Shown: piece after piece, positions 29,200-40,138 of the stretch
Layout: the number at the start of each line of letters is the position of its first letter
How positions within the stretch are numbered: the stretch's first letter is position 1
Assembly: GCA_963752155.1 (NCBI GenBank)
Contig: CAVVXH010000010.1
Coordinates: 256,001 to 320,000, forward strand
DNA length: 64,000 nt
Source of the DNA: an uncultured Parachlamydiaceae bacterium
Lineage (GTDB): Bacteria > Chlamydiota > Chlamydiia > Chlamydiales > Parachlamydiaceae
Reading direction: 5' to 3'
Program-made: the position numbers and the translations under genes
The notes under the pieces: model-generated
Seen by the model: the letters and a program-made list of their open reading frames with translations, nothing else
What the model was told of the DNA's origin: nothing
Database searches by the model: none

Positions 29200-29250
29200 C
29201 AGGGCGCATGAAATTAGATGCCTGATTTAGCACTGAAGTTCATGCTGCTG
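29200..29250. mobile_element. Degenerate copy of the CAGGG-ended mini-element
   Basis: CAGGGCGCATGAAATTAG ... TGAAGTTCATGCTGCTG; similar size and ends to 9298-9350. Confidence 0.4.
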
Positions 29251-29327
29251 TATTTTCTCTTCGATAAAAAAGATTAAAACTGTTAAGTTAGTAGAAGAAC
29301 TTCGGAATTAGAAAGGTCGCACAAAAG

Positions 29328-29429
29328 ATGATTAAAGAAGATATTAACATACAAATAATTGCAATCTCTACGGGTCTTTCAATTGAGGAAGTTAAAACAA
29401 TTGCAACAACTTCTGAGCGATTATTATGA
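29328..29429 (+). CDS. 33-aa micro-ORF resembling the C-terminal tail of Rpn/YhgA-like proteins
   Basis: MIKEDINIQIIAISTGLSIEEVKTIATTSERLL*; GAAAGG upstream; ATGA overlap with recR. Confidence 0.5.
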   Translation: MIKEDINIQIIAISTGLSIEEVKTIATTSERLL

Positions 29430-30025
29430 GATATCCACAGCATTTAACAAAATTAATTGAAGTCCTTAAAAAGCTTCCTGGTGTTGGGGGTAAAAGTGCA
29501 GAACGCTTTGCCTTTCAACTTATTCAATGGCCCGAAATTCAGCTTGGAGAAATGGCCGATATCATTGCTACCAGCAAGCAAAAGTTGCGTTATTGTTCCA
29601 CTTGTGGTTGCCTGGGCGATGAAAATAGTTGTCATTTCTGCACCGATCAACGTACAGCCTGCGGGACTCTATGCGTGACAGCCTCCGCTCGCGATGTTTT
29701 CGCAATCGAAGAGACCCGCGAATTTAAAGGGACTTACCACGTTCTCGGAGGACTGCTTTCACCATTGGAAGGACAAGGGCCTGAAGTTCTAAAACTTCAA
29801 AAATTAAAGGAACGTCTGGTTCAAGCCAATATTTGTGAGGTAGTGATCGCTATTGACTCAACTGTTGAAGGAGATGCTACAGCCTTATACCTTAAAGGAG
29901 AGCTTGCTGCGCTACCTGGCGTAAAAGTTTCTCGTTTGGCTTTTGGTTTGCCAATGGGCAGTCCACTCGATTATGTAGATGGTGGAACTTTAGCTCGTGC
30001 TTTTTCCGGTCGCTCTTTCTATTAA
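29426..30025 (+). CDS. recR: Recombination mediator RecR
   Basis: LPGVGGKSAER, C4 zinc finger, YHVLGGLLSP, EGDATA and LAFGLPMG motifs. Confidence 0.96.
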   Translation: MRYPQHLTKLIEVLKKLPGVGGKSAERFAFQLIQWPEIQLGEMADIIATSKQKLRYCSTCGCLGDENSCHFCTDQRTACGTLCVTASARDVFAIEETREFKGTYHVLGGLLSPLEGQGPEVLKLQKLKERLVQANICEVVIAIDSTVEGDATALYLKGELAALPGVKVSRLAFGLPMGSPLDYVDGGTLARAFSGRSFY

Positions 30026-30039
30026 AGGACTGTTGCAAC

Positions 30040-31014
30040 TCATTTAAAATGACATTCTAATAGAGGCAGTGTTTCGTTTAAAAAAGCCTCCACGTTAAGG
30101 TGGGTAATACGTAAAATGGCTTGACGTTGTTCCAAAAGAAGGGGGTTGATTTTGAACAAAAAAGTCATCAATTGCTTGAGCTTACCGACTTTAGTTTTTT
30201 CTGACATTTCAGGAGGCATCTCGGCTAAATACACATTAAAATAGTGCTTAAGATTTGCCCATGAGCACTTATACTCTTTTCCGTCAAAATGAGATTGAAT
30301 TTGATGAAAAATAAAAGGGTTGATGAGGCTTCCTCTACCAATCATCAAAGCATCGCATCGCGTTGTTTTTAACATTTTGAGCGCATCTTCAACATTGAGA
30401 ATGTCTCCATTGCCAACGACAGGGATCGTAAGCAAAGATTTGGCTTCTGCAATGAGGTCCCAACGGGCTGGTGGGCCATACCCTTCAGCTTTTGTTCGTG
30501 GATGGAGTGTGATGTAGCGAACTCCGCTTTCTTGCGCTGCCAATAAGTTTTCTTTAAATAATGAAGTATCATCAAATCCTGAACGCAATTTTGCAGTTAC
30601 AGGAATAGGAACAGCTTTTACCATGGCTTGAGCAATATGGTATAGATGATTTGGATCTTTAAGTAAACTAGAGCCCGCTCCTCTTCCTGTGACTGTATTG
30701 GAAGGACATCCACAATTTAGATCGATTCTGGGGGCCCCTCGTGCAGCTATTTCTCGACTCATGTCAGCCATCAGTTGAATATCTGAACCCATAATTTGTG
30801 CAGCCAATGGAATTGGAGTCATTTCATTGGCTTGGTAACGAATAGCCAGACTTTGGACATGAGCATTTGAAGGTACGCGTAGAAAATCTCGAACAGCTTC
30901 GTTAAAACCTCCAATGGAAGCCATGGCTTTGCGAAAGCATTGATCCCCAACACCTTCCATAGGAGCTAGAATGAGATAAGGGCAACCATTACTGTTTTTA
31001 TGAAGAAGATTCAT
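30040..31014 (-). CDS. dus: tRNA-dihydrouridine synthase
   Basis: LAPMEG, IDLNCGCP, GAGSSLL, LHPRT, GNGDI and MIGRG motifs. Confidence 0.92.
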   Translation of the reverse strand: MNLLHKNSNGCPYLILAPMEGVGDQCFRKAMASIGGFNEAVRDFLRVPSNAHVQSLAIRYQANEMTPIPLAAQIMGSDIQLMADMSREIAARGAPRIDLNCGCPSNTVTGRGAGSSLLKDPNHLYHIAQAMVKAVPIPVTAKLRSGFDDTSLFKENLLAAQESGVRYITLHPRTKAEGYGPPARWDLIAEAKSLLTIPVVGNGDILNVEDALKMLKTTRCDALMIGRGSLINPFIFHQIQSHFDGKEYKCSWANLKHYFNVYLAEMPPEMSEKTKVGKLKQLMTFLFKINPLLLEQRQAILRITHLNVEAFLNETLPLLECHFK

Positions 31015-31182
31015 TTTTATGAAAGGTTATTTTTATTAGAAAGTATAGATGGGTAGCTATATTTTTGCAATTCCTACTATGGCAAAAAAAAGAGGTGTGG
31101 CAGAATTCAGATAATAGGCTATATGATTCTTTTGCATTGCATCGGAAGATAGCCAATGACCCTTTTCACATTGGTTTGAAAG

Positions 31183-31647
31183 ATGGTTCTGAATAAAGAG
31201 AAAGAAGGGGCTGTGCTTCTCGAGACAACTGAAAATTATTACTTTGAATATCAAAAAGATCCTGAGCAAAAGGATCTTATGATCCTTCAAGAAGGAATCA
31301 ATGCTGATGCGGTTGAATATGGGATGCAGCGTATTCACCCTTTTGGAATTTTTATTAAAGATTTTGATGAAAAAGTCGCCGGAGGTATTTATGGCCATTA
31401 CCTCTATGGCTGTGTTCAAATAGAAATGCTTTGGGTAGCAAAAGAATTACGTCATAAAGAATGGGGATTGAAGCTTATGCGCGAGGCAGAAGCTATCGCT
31501 CGTGAACGCAAATGTCGATTTGCAACTGTCAATACAATGGAATGGGAGGCATTGTCGTTTTATCAAAAGATTGGCTATCAGATAGAATTCACTAGAGAAG
31601 GGTATGATAAGCAATCTAAAATGTATTACTTACGCAAAAAAATTTAA
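31183..31647 (+). CDS. GNAT N-acetyltransferase
   Basis: LWVAKELRHKEWGLKLM..AE and ALSFYQKIGY motifs. Confidence 0.88.
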   Translation: MVLNKEKEGAVLLETTENYYFEYQKDPEQKDLMILQEGINADAVEYGMQRIHPFGIFIKDFDEKVAGGIYGHYLYGCVQIEMLWVAKELRHKEWGLKLMREAEAIARERKCRFATVNTMEWEALSFYQKIGYQIEFTREGYDKQSKMYYLRKKI

Positions 31648-31699
31648 ACACAAGCGAGAAAGCGCCTTGCTATTTCCCCCCCTTTCCAGGTCCAAATAC

Positions 31700-31790
31700 G
31701 TGACTTCAAATTAAGTATGCACCCTTGATTATAACATCCAAAAAGTTATTGGATGTTATAATCAAGGGTGCATACTTAATTAGAAGTCAC
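31700..31790. repeat. Near-perfect 91-bp palindrome (42-bp arms, 7-nt loop) overlapping the murF-alr stop; probable bidirectional terminator or mini-element
   Basis: GTGACTTCAAATTAAGTATGCACCCTTGATTATAACATCCAA matches its reverse complement with one mismatch; lies between convergent genes. Confidence 0.9.
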
Positions 31791-34350
31791 ATATTTTAGG
31801 GGAGACATCTGGTCTTACACTATCCTTTTCCTCATGAATGAAAACGCGTTGAATGCGAGGGCCAAGGCAGGTGATCAGTTCATGGACAATAGAGTTTCCG
31901 TTTTTGGCAAATTCTTCAGCCGGAAGATATTGGCCAAATTCATCTTCTCCAAAAATTAAGACAGGGTCTCCTATGGAAGCGTAGGGAATATGTGTGATGT
32001 CGACCATCATAAAATCCATGCAGATTTTTCCTACAATCGGAGCTTTTGCCCCTCGTATCATGACATAGCCTTTATTGCTATAATTTCTGTGAAGGCCATC
32101 AAAATAGCCTAAAGGCAACATCGCAATCCGTTGTTCTGCTTGATTTACAGTATAGCTTCGGCCATAGCTGATCGTGTCACCTGCTTTGCAGGTATTGATC
32201 CCAACGATGCGGGAAGTTAATGAGAGAGCAAGACGCAAGTCAAAAGGATGGGGGGCATCTGATGCACGTAATCCATAGAGTGCTAGGCCAATACGCACCA
32301 TATTGTATTGTGGAAAGTTAAAACGAAGCGATGCGCTGGAGTTTGAAGCATGTCTCCACTTCATCGTGATCTCTTCTTGGGCAAGCTCATCGATAATGTT
32401 GTCTAATTTCTTAGACTGTTGTAAAGTAAAAGGGTCTTCTTTTGGATCATCTGCAGAAGGAAAATGAGTCATAATTCCTTCGAATTCAAGGTGAGAGGAT
32501 GATGCGATGGCTCGGCCAAGATCCGCAGCTTCTTCAGGGCGGCAGCCAAAGCGTCCCATACCGGTATCTACATGAAGGTGAACTTTTATTGTTTGTGAAC
32601 GTAACTTGGCTTCTGCATTCAGCTTGTCGATCATAATGTTGTCGCTAACTCCAACCTCAAGTCCCCATTTGACAATTTTTGCGGCTTCAAAGGGGGCTGC
32701 ATGGATGACAAAAATGGCTTGTTGAACACCTTCTTTTTTCAGGGCAACACCTTCATCGACATTTGAAACTCCAAGAATATCGATGTTACGTTCACTTAAA
32801 AATTTTGCTAGCTGCAATTCGCCTGTGCCGTATGCAAATGCTTTCACCATGATCATGAGCCTGGTTCCGGTCGGCAATTTATCTCGCAAGAGGGCGATAT
32901 TGTTTTCGATAGCATCTAGGTTAATTGAGCACTGATTTGTCGTCAAACTGTCATTAAAAAATTGCACGACCGTTTCCAGAGGTGTTTTTCGCTCTCCGGT
33001 AATGAGCACACTATCATGTGTCTTCAGAATTGGTTTAAGCCATGTAAACGCTTCTTCATGTGTTTCAAAATGAACAATTTCTATTTCAGGTGAATCTCTT
33101 TTTACTTCATCAATCAACGATTGAAAGCAGTGTGATCCTACCAACAATAGGAAAGCAATCTGTTGATCTTTTAAAGACATACCAATGCGCTTATAGCCAA
33201 CCTCTCGGCTTAACTTATTGTGAAAATTTTCAGACTCTTTTTTGACTTCACGCATTCCTCCAAATATAAAAATGCGTCGAGATCCTGGGGATTGACGATA
33301 TTTCTTAAGGGCTTGATCTACCGATTGAGGATCGCAACAGTAGCTTTCGTTGATGAAGATTGCCCCTTGTGGAGATTTCCAGATTTCCGTGCGCATCGGT
33401 TCAGGGAGATAATTCTTAATGGCCTCGATGATAGAAGTTGAGTTTACTCCCAGAAGCCAAGCAGCCTTAGAGGCACAGTTGATGAGGTTTAGGAAATAAT
33501 AATGTCCCCAAGAAATGGTGCCGGAAAAGGTGTTCCCATCGGGAAAAACAAGTGTATAGCTCGACATAGAGGCTTTATTTTCTGGAGCCAAAAAAGCATG
33601 TGGAAGTGTATCAGAACTTTCATCCCAAGAGTAGCATTTGTAGAATTCATGAGGCTTTTTGTCTAATTTTAGATCTTTGGAATGGAGTACCCAATCTAAA
33701 GATGTCGAGTAATTAAGAAATCGAAGAGTTTCCCGTTCGATCGTACTGATATCTTTTAGAGTTGCGAGATGTTTTTTTCCTATCGGAGTGAAGATAATTG
33801 CATCTGGAGCGATCATTGCACCTAAAGAGTCCATTTCTCCTTGTTTAGAAACGGAAGCTTCGATGAGTGCAATCTGATGAGAGTGGGTGATGGTCAATAA
33901 ACTTAAAGGAACCCCGATTTGGCTATTAAAACTTCCTGGAGAAGCCGCTACATTCATTTGATGAGTGAGGATTTCCTGGAGAAGGTCTTTGACCATTGTT
34001 TTTCCATAAGTCCCTGTAATGCCGATGACTTTGGCTTTTTGTGTAGAGCGATAACATTTAGCTAGGGATTGGAGTGCAATGAGTGGGGAGTCAACAAAGA
34101 GTAGCTGAATTCCAGAAAGATTAGCCGGGGGATGCCATGGTCGAGAAACAAGTGCGTATTTAGCTCCTTGCCGCATCGCATGTTCGACAAATTGATGTCC
34201 GTCTTGGTTACCTTGGAGAGCGACAAAGAGTGTGTTTGGAGACCCTATGCGACGAGAATCGATGGTGATGGCATCGACTAGGGCGGGCGATGAAGTATTT
34301 CCACCTGCCTTGCAAAAACCCTCCCATAAATTTAAGTCGAAAGGGTCCAT
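31780..34350 (-). CDS. alr: Bifunctional MurF-like ligase / alanine racemase fusion
   Basis: N-terminal IDSR, GITGTYGKT and SFNSQIGVP; C-terminal MVKAFAYG, HLHVDTGMGRFG, GYFDG and GKICMD. Confidence 0.9.
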   Translation of the reverse strand: MDPFDLNLWEGFCKAGGNTSSPALVDAITIDSRRIGSPNTLFVALQGNQDGHQFVEHAMRQGAKYALVSRPWHPPANLSGIQLLFVDSPLIALQSLAKCYRSTQKAKVIGITGTYGKTMVKDLLQEILTHQMNVAASPGSFNSQIGVPLSLLTITHSHQIALIEASVSKQGEMDSLGAMIAPDAIIFTPIGKKHLATLKDISTIERETLRFLNYSTSLDWVLHSKDLKLDKKPHEFYKCYSWDESSDTLPHAFLAPENKASMSSYTLVFPDGNTFSGTISWGHYYFLNLINCASKAAWLLGVNSTSIIEAIKNYLPEPMRTEIWKSPQGAIFINESYCCDPQSVDQALKKYRQSPGSRRIFIFGGMREVKKESENFHNKLSREVGYKRIGMSLKDQQIAFLLLVGSHCFQSLIDEVKRDSPEIEIVHFETHEEAFTWLKPILKTHDSVLITGERKTPLETVVQFFNDSLTTNQCSINLDAIENNIALLRDKLPTGTRLMIMVKAFAYGTGELQLAKFLSERNIDILGVSNVDEGVALKKEGVQQAIFVIHAAPFEAAKIVKWGLEVGVSDNIMIDKLNAEAKLRSQTIKVHLHVDTGMGRFGCRPEEAADLGRAIASSSHLEFEGIMTHFPSADDPKEDPFTLQQSKKLDNIIDELAQEEITMKWRHASNSSASLRFNFPQYNMVRIGLALYGLRASDAPHPFDLRLALSLTSRIVGINTCKAGDTISYGRSYTVNQAEQRIAMLPLGYFDGLHRNYSNKGYVMIRGAKAPIVGKICMDFMMVDITHIPYASIGDPVLIFGEDEFGQYLPAEEFAKNGNSIVHELITCLGPRIQRVFIHEEKDSVRPDVSPKICDF

Positions 34351-37113
34351 TTATCCATCAAAGTTGGGCTGAATAGAAGCTGCTGGAGGAACTCCTTTAC
34401 CAGGAGCCTCTTCCTTAAATGGTGCAGTCGTCGGTTCGGTTTCAAAAGATTTTTTGTGTAATTCATCTTGATATCGAAGACGCGCACGCTTTTCTTCAAT
34501 ATTCCATTCATTTTTAAGGATTTTTGCAATGTCTTCAGCATCGAGTGTTTCGAATTCGATGAGCATTTCAGTGATTAATTCGACTTGAGCTTTATACTCT
34601 TGAATTATTTCTGTTGCTCGTTTATTCGCATCATCGAGAATTTTGCGCACTTCTTTATCAATTGTCTGGGCGGTATCATCGGAGTACTTTTTCTCGTGGT
34701 ATCCGGTAATACCAGTGAAGTTCCCATTTTCAGAACGTTCATCATAGGCCATTGCACCAAGCTTATCGCTCATGCCCCACTCGCAAACCATGCTGCGGGC
34801 AAGTTGTGTGGCGCGTTCGATATCTTGTTGGGCTCCGCTAGAGATATCGTCCAACAAAAATTTCTTCGGCACACGGCCGCCCATCAACACAGCCAACTGA
34901 TCATGAAGTTCATTTTTCCAATAGCTAACACGATTTTTCTTAGGCAGGAACATTGTTGAGCCCAAAGACAATCCTCGTGGAATGATCGTGACTTTATCAA
35001 CAGGATCGGCATGCTTTAACAACGAGACCGACAATGGTATGGCCAGATTCATGATAAGCTGTGGTTCGTTTTTCGTTTTCATCGATTTCCAAGACTGCGT
35101 CGTTCTTTACCATAAAGCACTTTATCGCGTGCTTCCAGCATTTCATGCGCCGTCACAGCAGAGCGCCCTTTACGTGCTGCAAGTAAGGCAGCTTCATTGA
35201 GCATATTTGCCAAGTCGGCTCCGGAACATCCCGGAGTGCTTCTCGCAATAGTCCATTAGATCACAGTAGGATCCATTTTATTTTACGGGCATGAACTTTA
35301 AGGATGTCAAAGCGCCCTTTAATATCTGGCAGACTGATGATGACACGTCGATCAAAACGGCCAGGACGCAAAAGGCTTTATCCAAAACATCAGGACGGTT
35401 TGTCGCAGCCATGAGGATGACCCCTTCATTGGTATCAAATCCATCCATTTCCACCAGAAGTTGGTTAAGTGTTTGCTCACGTTCATCATGGCCGCCGCCA
35501 ATACCTGCACCGCGATGACGCCCAACAGCATCGATTTCATCCATAAAAATAATGCAAGGAGCATTCTTCTTGGCCTGATCAAACAGATCGCGGATACGGC
35601 TTGCGCCCACACCGACAAACATTTCGACAAAATCAGAACCGGAAATCGAAAAAAAGGGACGATCAGCTTCTCCGGCAACAGCTTTAGCAATCAGGGTTTT
35701 ACCTGTTCCTGGAGGACCAACGCAAAGAACACCTTTTGGAATATGTCCGCCGAGAGCAGTGAATTTCTGTGGATTTTTAAGAATTCGACAATTTCTTGCA
35801 GTTCTTCGATAGCTTCATCGACTCCTGCAACATCTTTAAAGGTGATTTTATTCTGCCCTTTTGTCAGCAACTTAGCAGGGGATTTCCCGAAATTCATCGC
35901 ATTGGAGCCCATCCCTTTCATTTGCCGTGAAAAGATGAAATAAAGGACAAAATGACCAAAAAGACAGGCAGCAGGGTGAAGAGATAGCTCAAATAATTTG
36001 GCGGGGCTCTTCACTTTTAAAGGTTTTTTCAAGAACCGTGTTTAAGAGGTTGATCAGGAGCTTTAAAATATCCGCCATGGTTATGGCTCAAATTATCCCA
36101 CTCTTCTTTGCAGTAGCAAACCAATGGTTGAATTCTTCCGGATCTTGCTTTTCAAGGCACGTGTAGAAAGTTCTTGGTCGTTGAAGTACCAAATCACATT
36201 GGTAACAGCTTTGACGAGCCTTATCGAGTTTGAGTGTATTGTCTTCGAGCTTTGTTAATAGGGTTGTATTTTCATCGAAAGGTCTTTGTAATTGCGAACA
36301 GAACGCAAGTTGCAGAAGGTGAATTTGATCAGTTTCGCGGCTTAGTTCTTTAACAATTTGCTGTAATTGTTGAGTTGCAGTAGCATAAAGACCTAGCTTT
36401 GCTTCAACTGTAAGTTTGGAATTGTTTAGTCCACTTTGCACATCATCGTCTAATGATTTCAATTGATCCTTCATCTCCTGATTCCCAATCCCTAACAGAG
36501 GCGCGCGGAAATCACGAATGAGTTGATGGAGCGAACTGCCAAAGGCATCGACGGTTTGAGCTGTAGGATTTGCTTGGATTTCATTCAGTTGATTTGAAAG
36601 ACTGGCTAAATTGACTTTATTTTTATTGGAAACCTCATGAAGAGTGATACTGTAGTCTTTTTCGGGGCCATGAGAAAGACCGTCGATGATCGAATACCCC
36701 TCAGAAGGAATGGGTAACCCGGAAAGTGAAAAAAATGAATTTGCCGATTCAATGACTTTATTCTGCTGATCTGTAAGAGCCGTTTTTAAACGTTCTTTTT
36801 CTGCGCGGAGTTCGTGATTGGCATTGAGTAACTCTAAAAATTTAAAACGTTGTTTCCCTTCTTCGGTGACTCGGTCTCTAAATTTCCCGCTAAAGGAGAC
36901 AAGATTGTCATTTAAAGCAATTTTTCGACTATCTTCCGGGTGCAGCAGTTGCAAATTGACAAGATGTTCAAGCTGATAGCTGAAAGAAACTTGTGCAAAT
37001 TTAGTTTCAATAAAATTCTGCACGAAAAGTGCCAAAAGAAAGGCAGCCATTACGAACCAGACAAAACCGCTCGGTACATTTTTTTTTAGATCCTGTCCTT
37101 TGTCATCACTCAT
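34351..37113 (-). CDS. ftsH: ATP-dependent zinc metalloprotease FtsH (fragmented by frameshifts)
   Basis: [41 protein letters not shown] and VTIIPRG in separate frames. Confidence 0.92.
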
Positions 37114-37227
37114 ATTTACCTATCAGCTTATAAAAAGATTAAAATAAAGGTTTTAGCCATTTCCAATAGATTGGAAAGGGATTTATGTCAGACACAAACC
37201 CAGGGCAAAATACAATGATTCATCCCA

Positions 37228-38616
37228 TTACCGAATTTTATCATAGAACTCATTCACCTTCAATAACAACTTTAAAGTCTCACTAGTATTCAGGTTCTGG
37301 AGGCTAGTTCGCCCAGAAAGAAACTCATGTATAACTTTGCCATTATAGAAAACAACCGGAACAAGAAGGCGCACTATCCCAGGCACTTTAGCTTTATTCC
37401 ACCATTGTGCTAGAGGAGAAGAATTTGGATAACAATCTCCGGGTTTTGGAAAGTCCAAAGTGTAACGGGAGGTCTCCATTTCACTTTTGGGAAGAAAAAT
37501 TGTGACCTCTCCCTTCCAAACATCTCTCCAGTCTTGAGGTTTTGAATGAATATTTTCAGTTGTTTCAACGGTAGCGCTCCAGTTGTAAAATGAATGATCT
37601 CCTGGAATAAGTTCAAGAGGTTTTTGCCTTGTTGATTTTTCTTCTAATGTTTTCAAGGCAAATAAACGATAGCGATCGATGTAAAGCTTCTGCTTGCCGC
37701 AGCTGATCGATTTATTAGCAATTCCATGAGTTAAAAGGTGAACTGCTGTGGCCAAAGCTTCTTTTGAAATAGAAAGCCCGCAGTTTTTGCAGAAGCGGCG
37801 AATGAGATGTTTTTGCTCTAGAGGGGGCATGGGAAGAGTTTTAGTGAGATCGAGCATAGAACCAAAGGGGCCTATTAATAGCTTTGAGTAGGAGAATTGG
37901 GTTTGTTCATCGAGGTATGCATTGAGCTCTTGAGCTTCCGAGCCTAAATTTTTTAGGTGAGTATTGATCTCTTTACCAAATTCATTGGCGAGCAGAGGAA
38001 GTAATTTTGTGCGAAAGCGAGCGCGTAGAAATCGAGGGTCTTTGTTTGTTTCATCTTCAAAAGCTTTGATCCCACACGATTTCAGTTCTTCGATTAAATC
38101 ATTTTTCCGGCAATTCAACAGAGGGCGCCAAAGTGTTAATTGACTCAAGCAGGTGACAGGACGGAGAGCTGTCAAGTAAGGGAGTGAGGTTCCTTCAAAA
38201 ATTCTCTTTAGCACTGTTTCAGCTTGGTCATCTGCATGATGTCCTAATAATACAGCTTGATAGCCATGCTCCAAACAAAGTTGGCGAAAAAAAAGAAACC
38301 GTTCTTCTCTACATGCAGACTCAAGATTGCCTTTTAAAGTGTTGGGAGAAAGAATTTTCAGATGAAAGGGAATTCCTCGCTGTTGAGCGCTTTGTTCAAG
38401 GGATTTTGCTTCTTCTTCACTTGAAGGACGCCATCGATGATCCACATGTGCGATTGCGAATTCAAAGTGTAAATCTATCTTTAATTTCAATAGAAGCTGC
38501 AGTAGCATTAAAGAATCTGGCCCTCCAGATAATGCAAGCAACAAGGGGCGATGTCCATCCCAGTGTTTTTGGATAAAGGTTTTAAGCTCAGTTTTTAACA
38601 TCATGTTATCGTTCAT
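37228..38616 (-). CDS. tilS: tRNA(Ile)-lysidine synthetase
   Basis: ALSGGPDS, GHHADDQAET, RPLL and DETN motifs; upstream of ftsH. Confidence 0.93.
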   Translation of the reverse strand: MNDNMMLKTELKTFIQKHWDGHRPLLLALSGGPDSLMLLQLLLKLKIDLHFEFAIAHVDHRWRPSSEEEAKSLEQSAQQRGIPFHLKILSPNTLKGNLESACREERFLFFRQLCLEHGYQAVLLGHHADDQAETVLKRIFEGTSLPYLTALRPVTCLSQLTLWRPLLNCRKNDLIEELKSCGIKAFEDETNKDPRFLRARFRTKLLPLLANEFGKEINTHLKNLGSEAQELNAYLDEQTQFSYSKLLIGPFGSMLDLTKTLPMPPLEQKHLIRRFCKNCGLSISKEALATAVHLLTHGIANKSISCGKQKLYIDRYRLFALKTLEEKSTRQKPLELIPGDHSFYNWSATVETTENIHSKPQDWRDVWKGEVTIFLPKSEMETSRYTLDFPKPGDCYPNSSPLAQWWNKAKVPGIVRLLVPVVFYNGKVIHEFLSGRTSLQNLNTSETLKLLLKVNEFYDKIR

Positions 38617-38950
38617 TGAAGAGGTGCAGAATGATAAATATTACAACAGCAAGGGCAACCCATAACCAGAAAGTCAGAGGGGGAGGAGCAGGCATCTCTA
38701 AAACGAGTTCGCCCGCATATTTTTTTCTTTTTTGAGTGAACTCTTCATTTTCATCCTCCTCTTCTTCTGAAGATTTAGGATCTTTGAAAATTTCTTGAAG
38801 TTCTGGAATTTCTCGTATAGGAATCCAAGCTTTTAATTCTACACTCCAGGCAAGGGTGTCTGGGGTTATTTCCTTGATACGTTTAAGTTGGTCGACAGTA
38901 TAGGGACCTTTTTGTTTCCCATTGATTTTAATATACCAGATTTTTTTCAT
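38606..38950 (-). CDS. GYF_2/DUF4339 domain membrane protein
   Basis: WYIKINGKQKGPY..TLAWS...WIPIREIPEL plus a C-terminal TM helix. Confidence 0.8.
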   Translation of the reverse strand: MKKIWYIKINGKQKGPYTVDQLKRIKEITPDTLAWSVELKAWIPIREIPELQEIFKDPKSSEEEEDENEEFTQKRKKYAGELVLEMPAPPPLTFWLWVALAVVIFIILHLFNER

Positions 38951-38983
38951 TTGTAGTACTCTAGAAGTTTAACCTAGGAAACG

Positions 38984-40131
38984 ATGATGCCTATTTTATG
39001 GCGCTATTTGCTTTTACATTATTTAAAAGTATTATTTTTTTGTACATTTGCGTTTATTGCATTATTACTAACCTTGCGATTGGAAGAAATTGCCCATTTT
39101 GCAACCTTAGGTTCACAGGGAATTTATATATTGTATTTTACATTCTATCAGATTCCTTACATTCTGCCTATAGCGCTTCCCATTTCAGCATTAATTTCTT
39201 CTATTATTTTGATTAAATATTTATGTAAAAATCATGAGATGACAGCTTTGCGTGCAGCAGGTCTTTCTTTGCGTGCAATTTTGACTCCTTTATTAATGGC
39301 TGCCTCTTTTTTAGCAATTGTTAATTTCTATGTTGTTTCTGAATTAGCTACCGATTCCCATCTGGCAACATCTTTGATAAAGAACGAATTGCGCTCGATC
39401 AATCCTTTACTTCTTCTAAGCAATAAACATCTGATGAAGATGAGAGGGATATATTTTGACACTTTGGGATCTTCGAGGTTAGGTGAATCTGCTTCAGATA
39501 GTATCATTGCTATGCCGAACAAACAGACGAATCGTATTCAGCTGCTCGCGGCCAAAAATTTGCACGCCTCACCAGTAGATTTTGACAGTCAATCGTTAAC
39601 GATTTTGTCCATTTTATCGGAAAATAGCAGCGAGTCTGACCGAATACTTGTTGAAAATATGGGTAAAAGCACGACTGGCGTGAAAGATTTCTCACAGTTG
39701 ATTCAACGCAAAGTATGGACTCTGAATAATGATCATCTGAAGCTTTCATTGTTGCTATGTCGTTTGCAGGAGGGGCTAAAGTCCATTGAGAATGCAATCA
39801 CTAGCGGCAAGCCTCCAGAGAAATTAAGCAATTTCAAAAGAGCAATAATCGGATCTATAGCGAGATGATGCGACGCATTTCTATTGCAATTGCTGTATTT
39901 ACGTTCACATTGCTTGGAGCCTGCTGCGGGATGAGCATTGGCAGAAATCAATCCTCAAAAGCGATCTATCTTGTAGCAGTGTTGAGTGCGGTTTATGTGG
40001 CCGCATACTTTTCTGGTAAGGGTGTAGATCATTTGCTGATTACATCGGCCTTATTTTATCTTGTTCCACATGTTTTGATAATTATAGTTTCGTTATGGAT
40101 GGTTGGAAAGGCCGTCAGGGGAGTTGAATGA
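38984..40131 (+). CDS. lptF: LptF/LptG-family LPS export permease (frameshift near 39820)
   Basis: ILWRYLL and HEMTALRAAGLSL; C-terminal TM part in ORF 39865-40131. Confidence 0.75.
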
Positions 40132-40138
40132 GATATTT

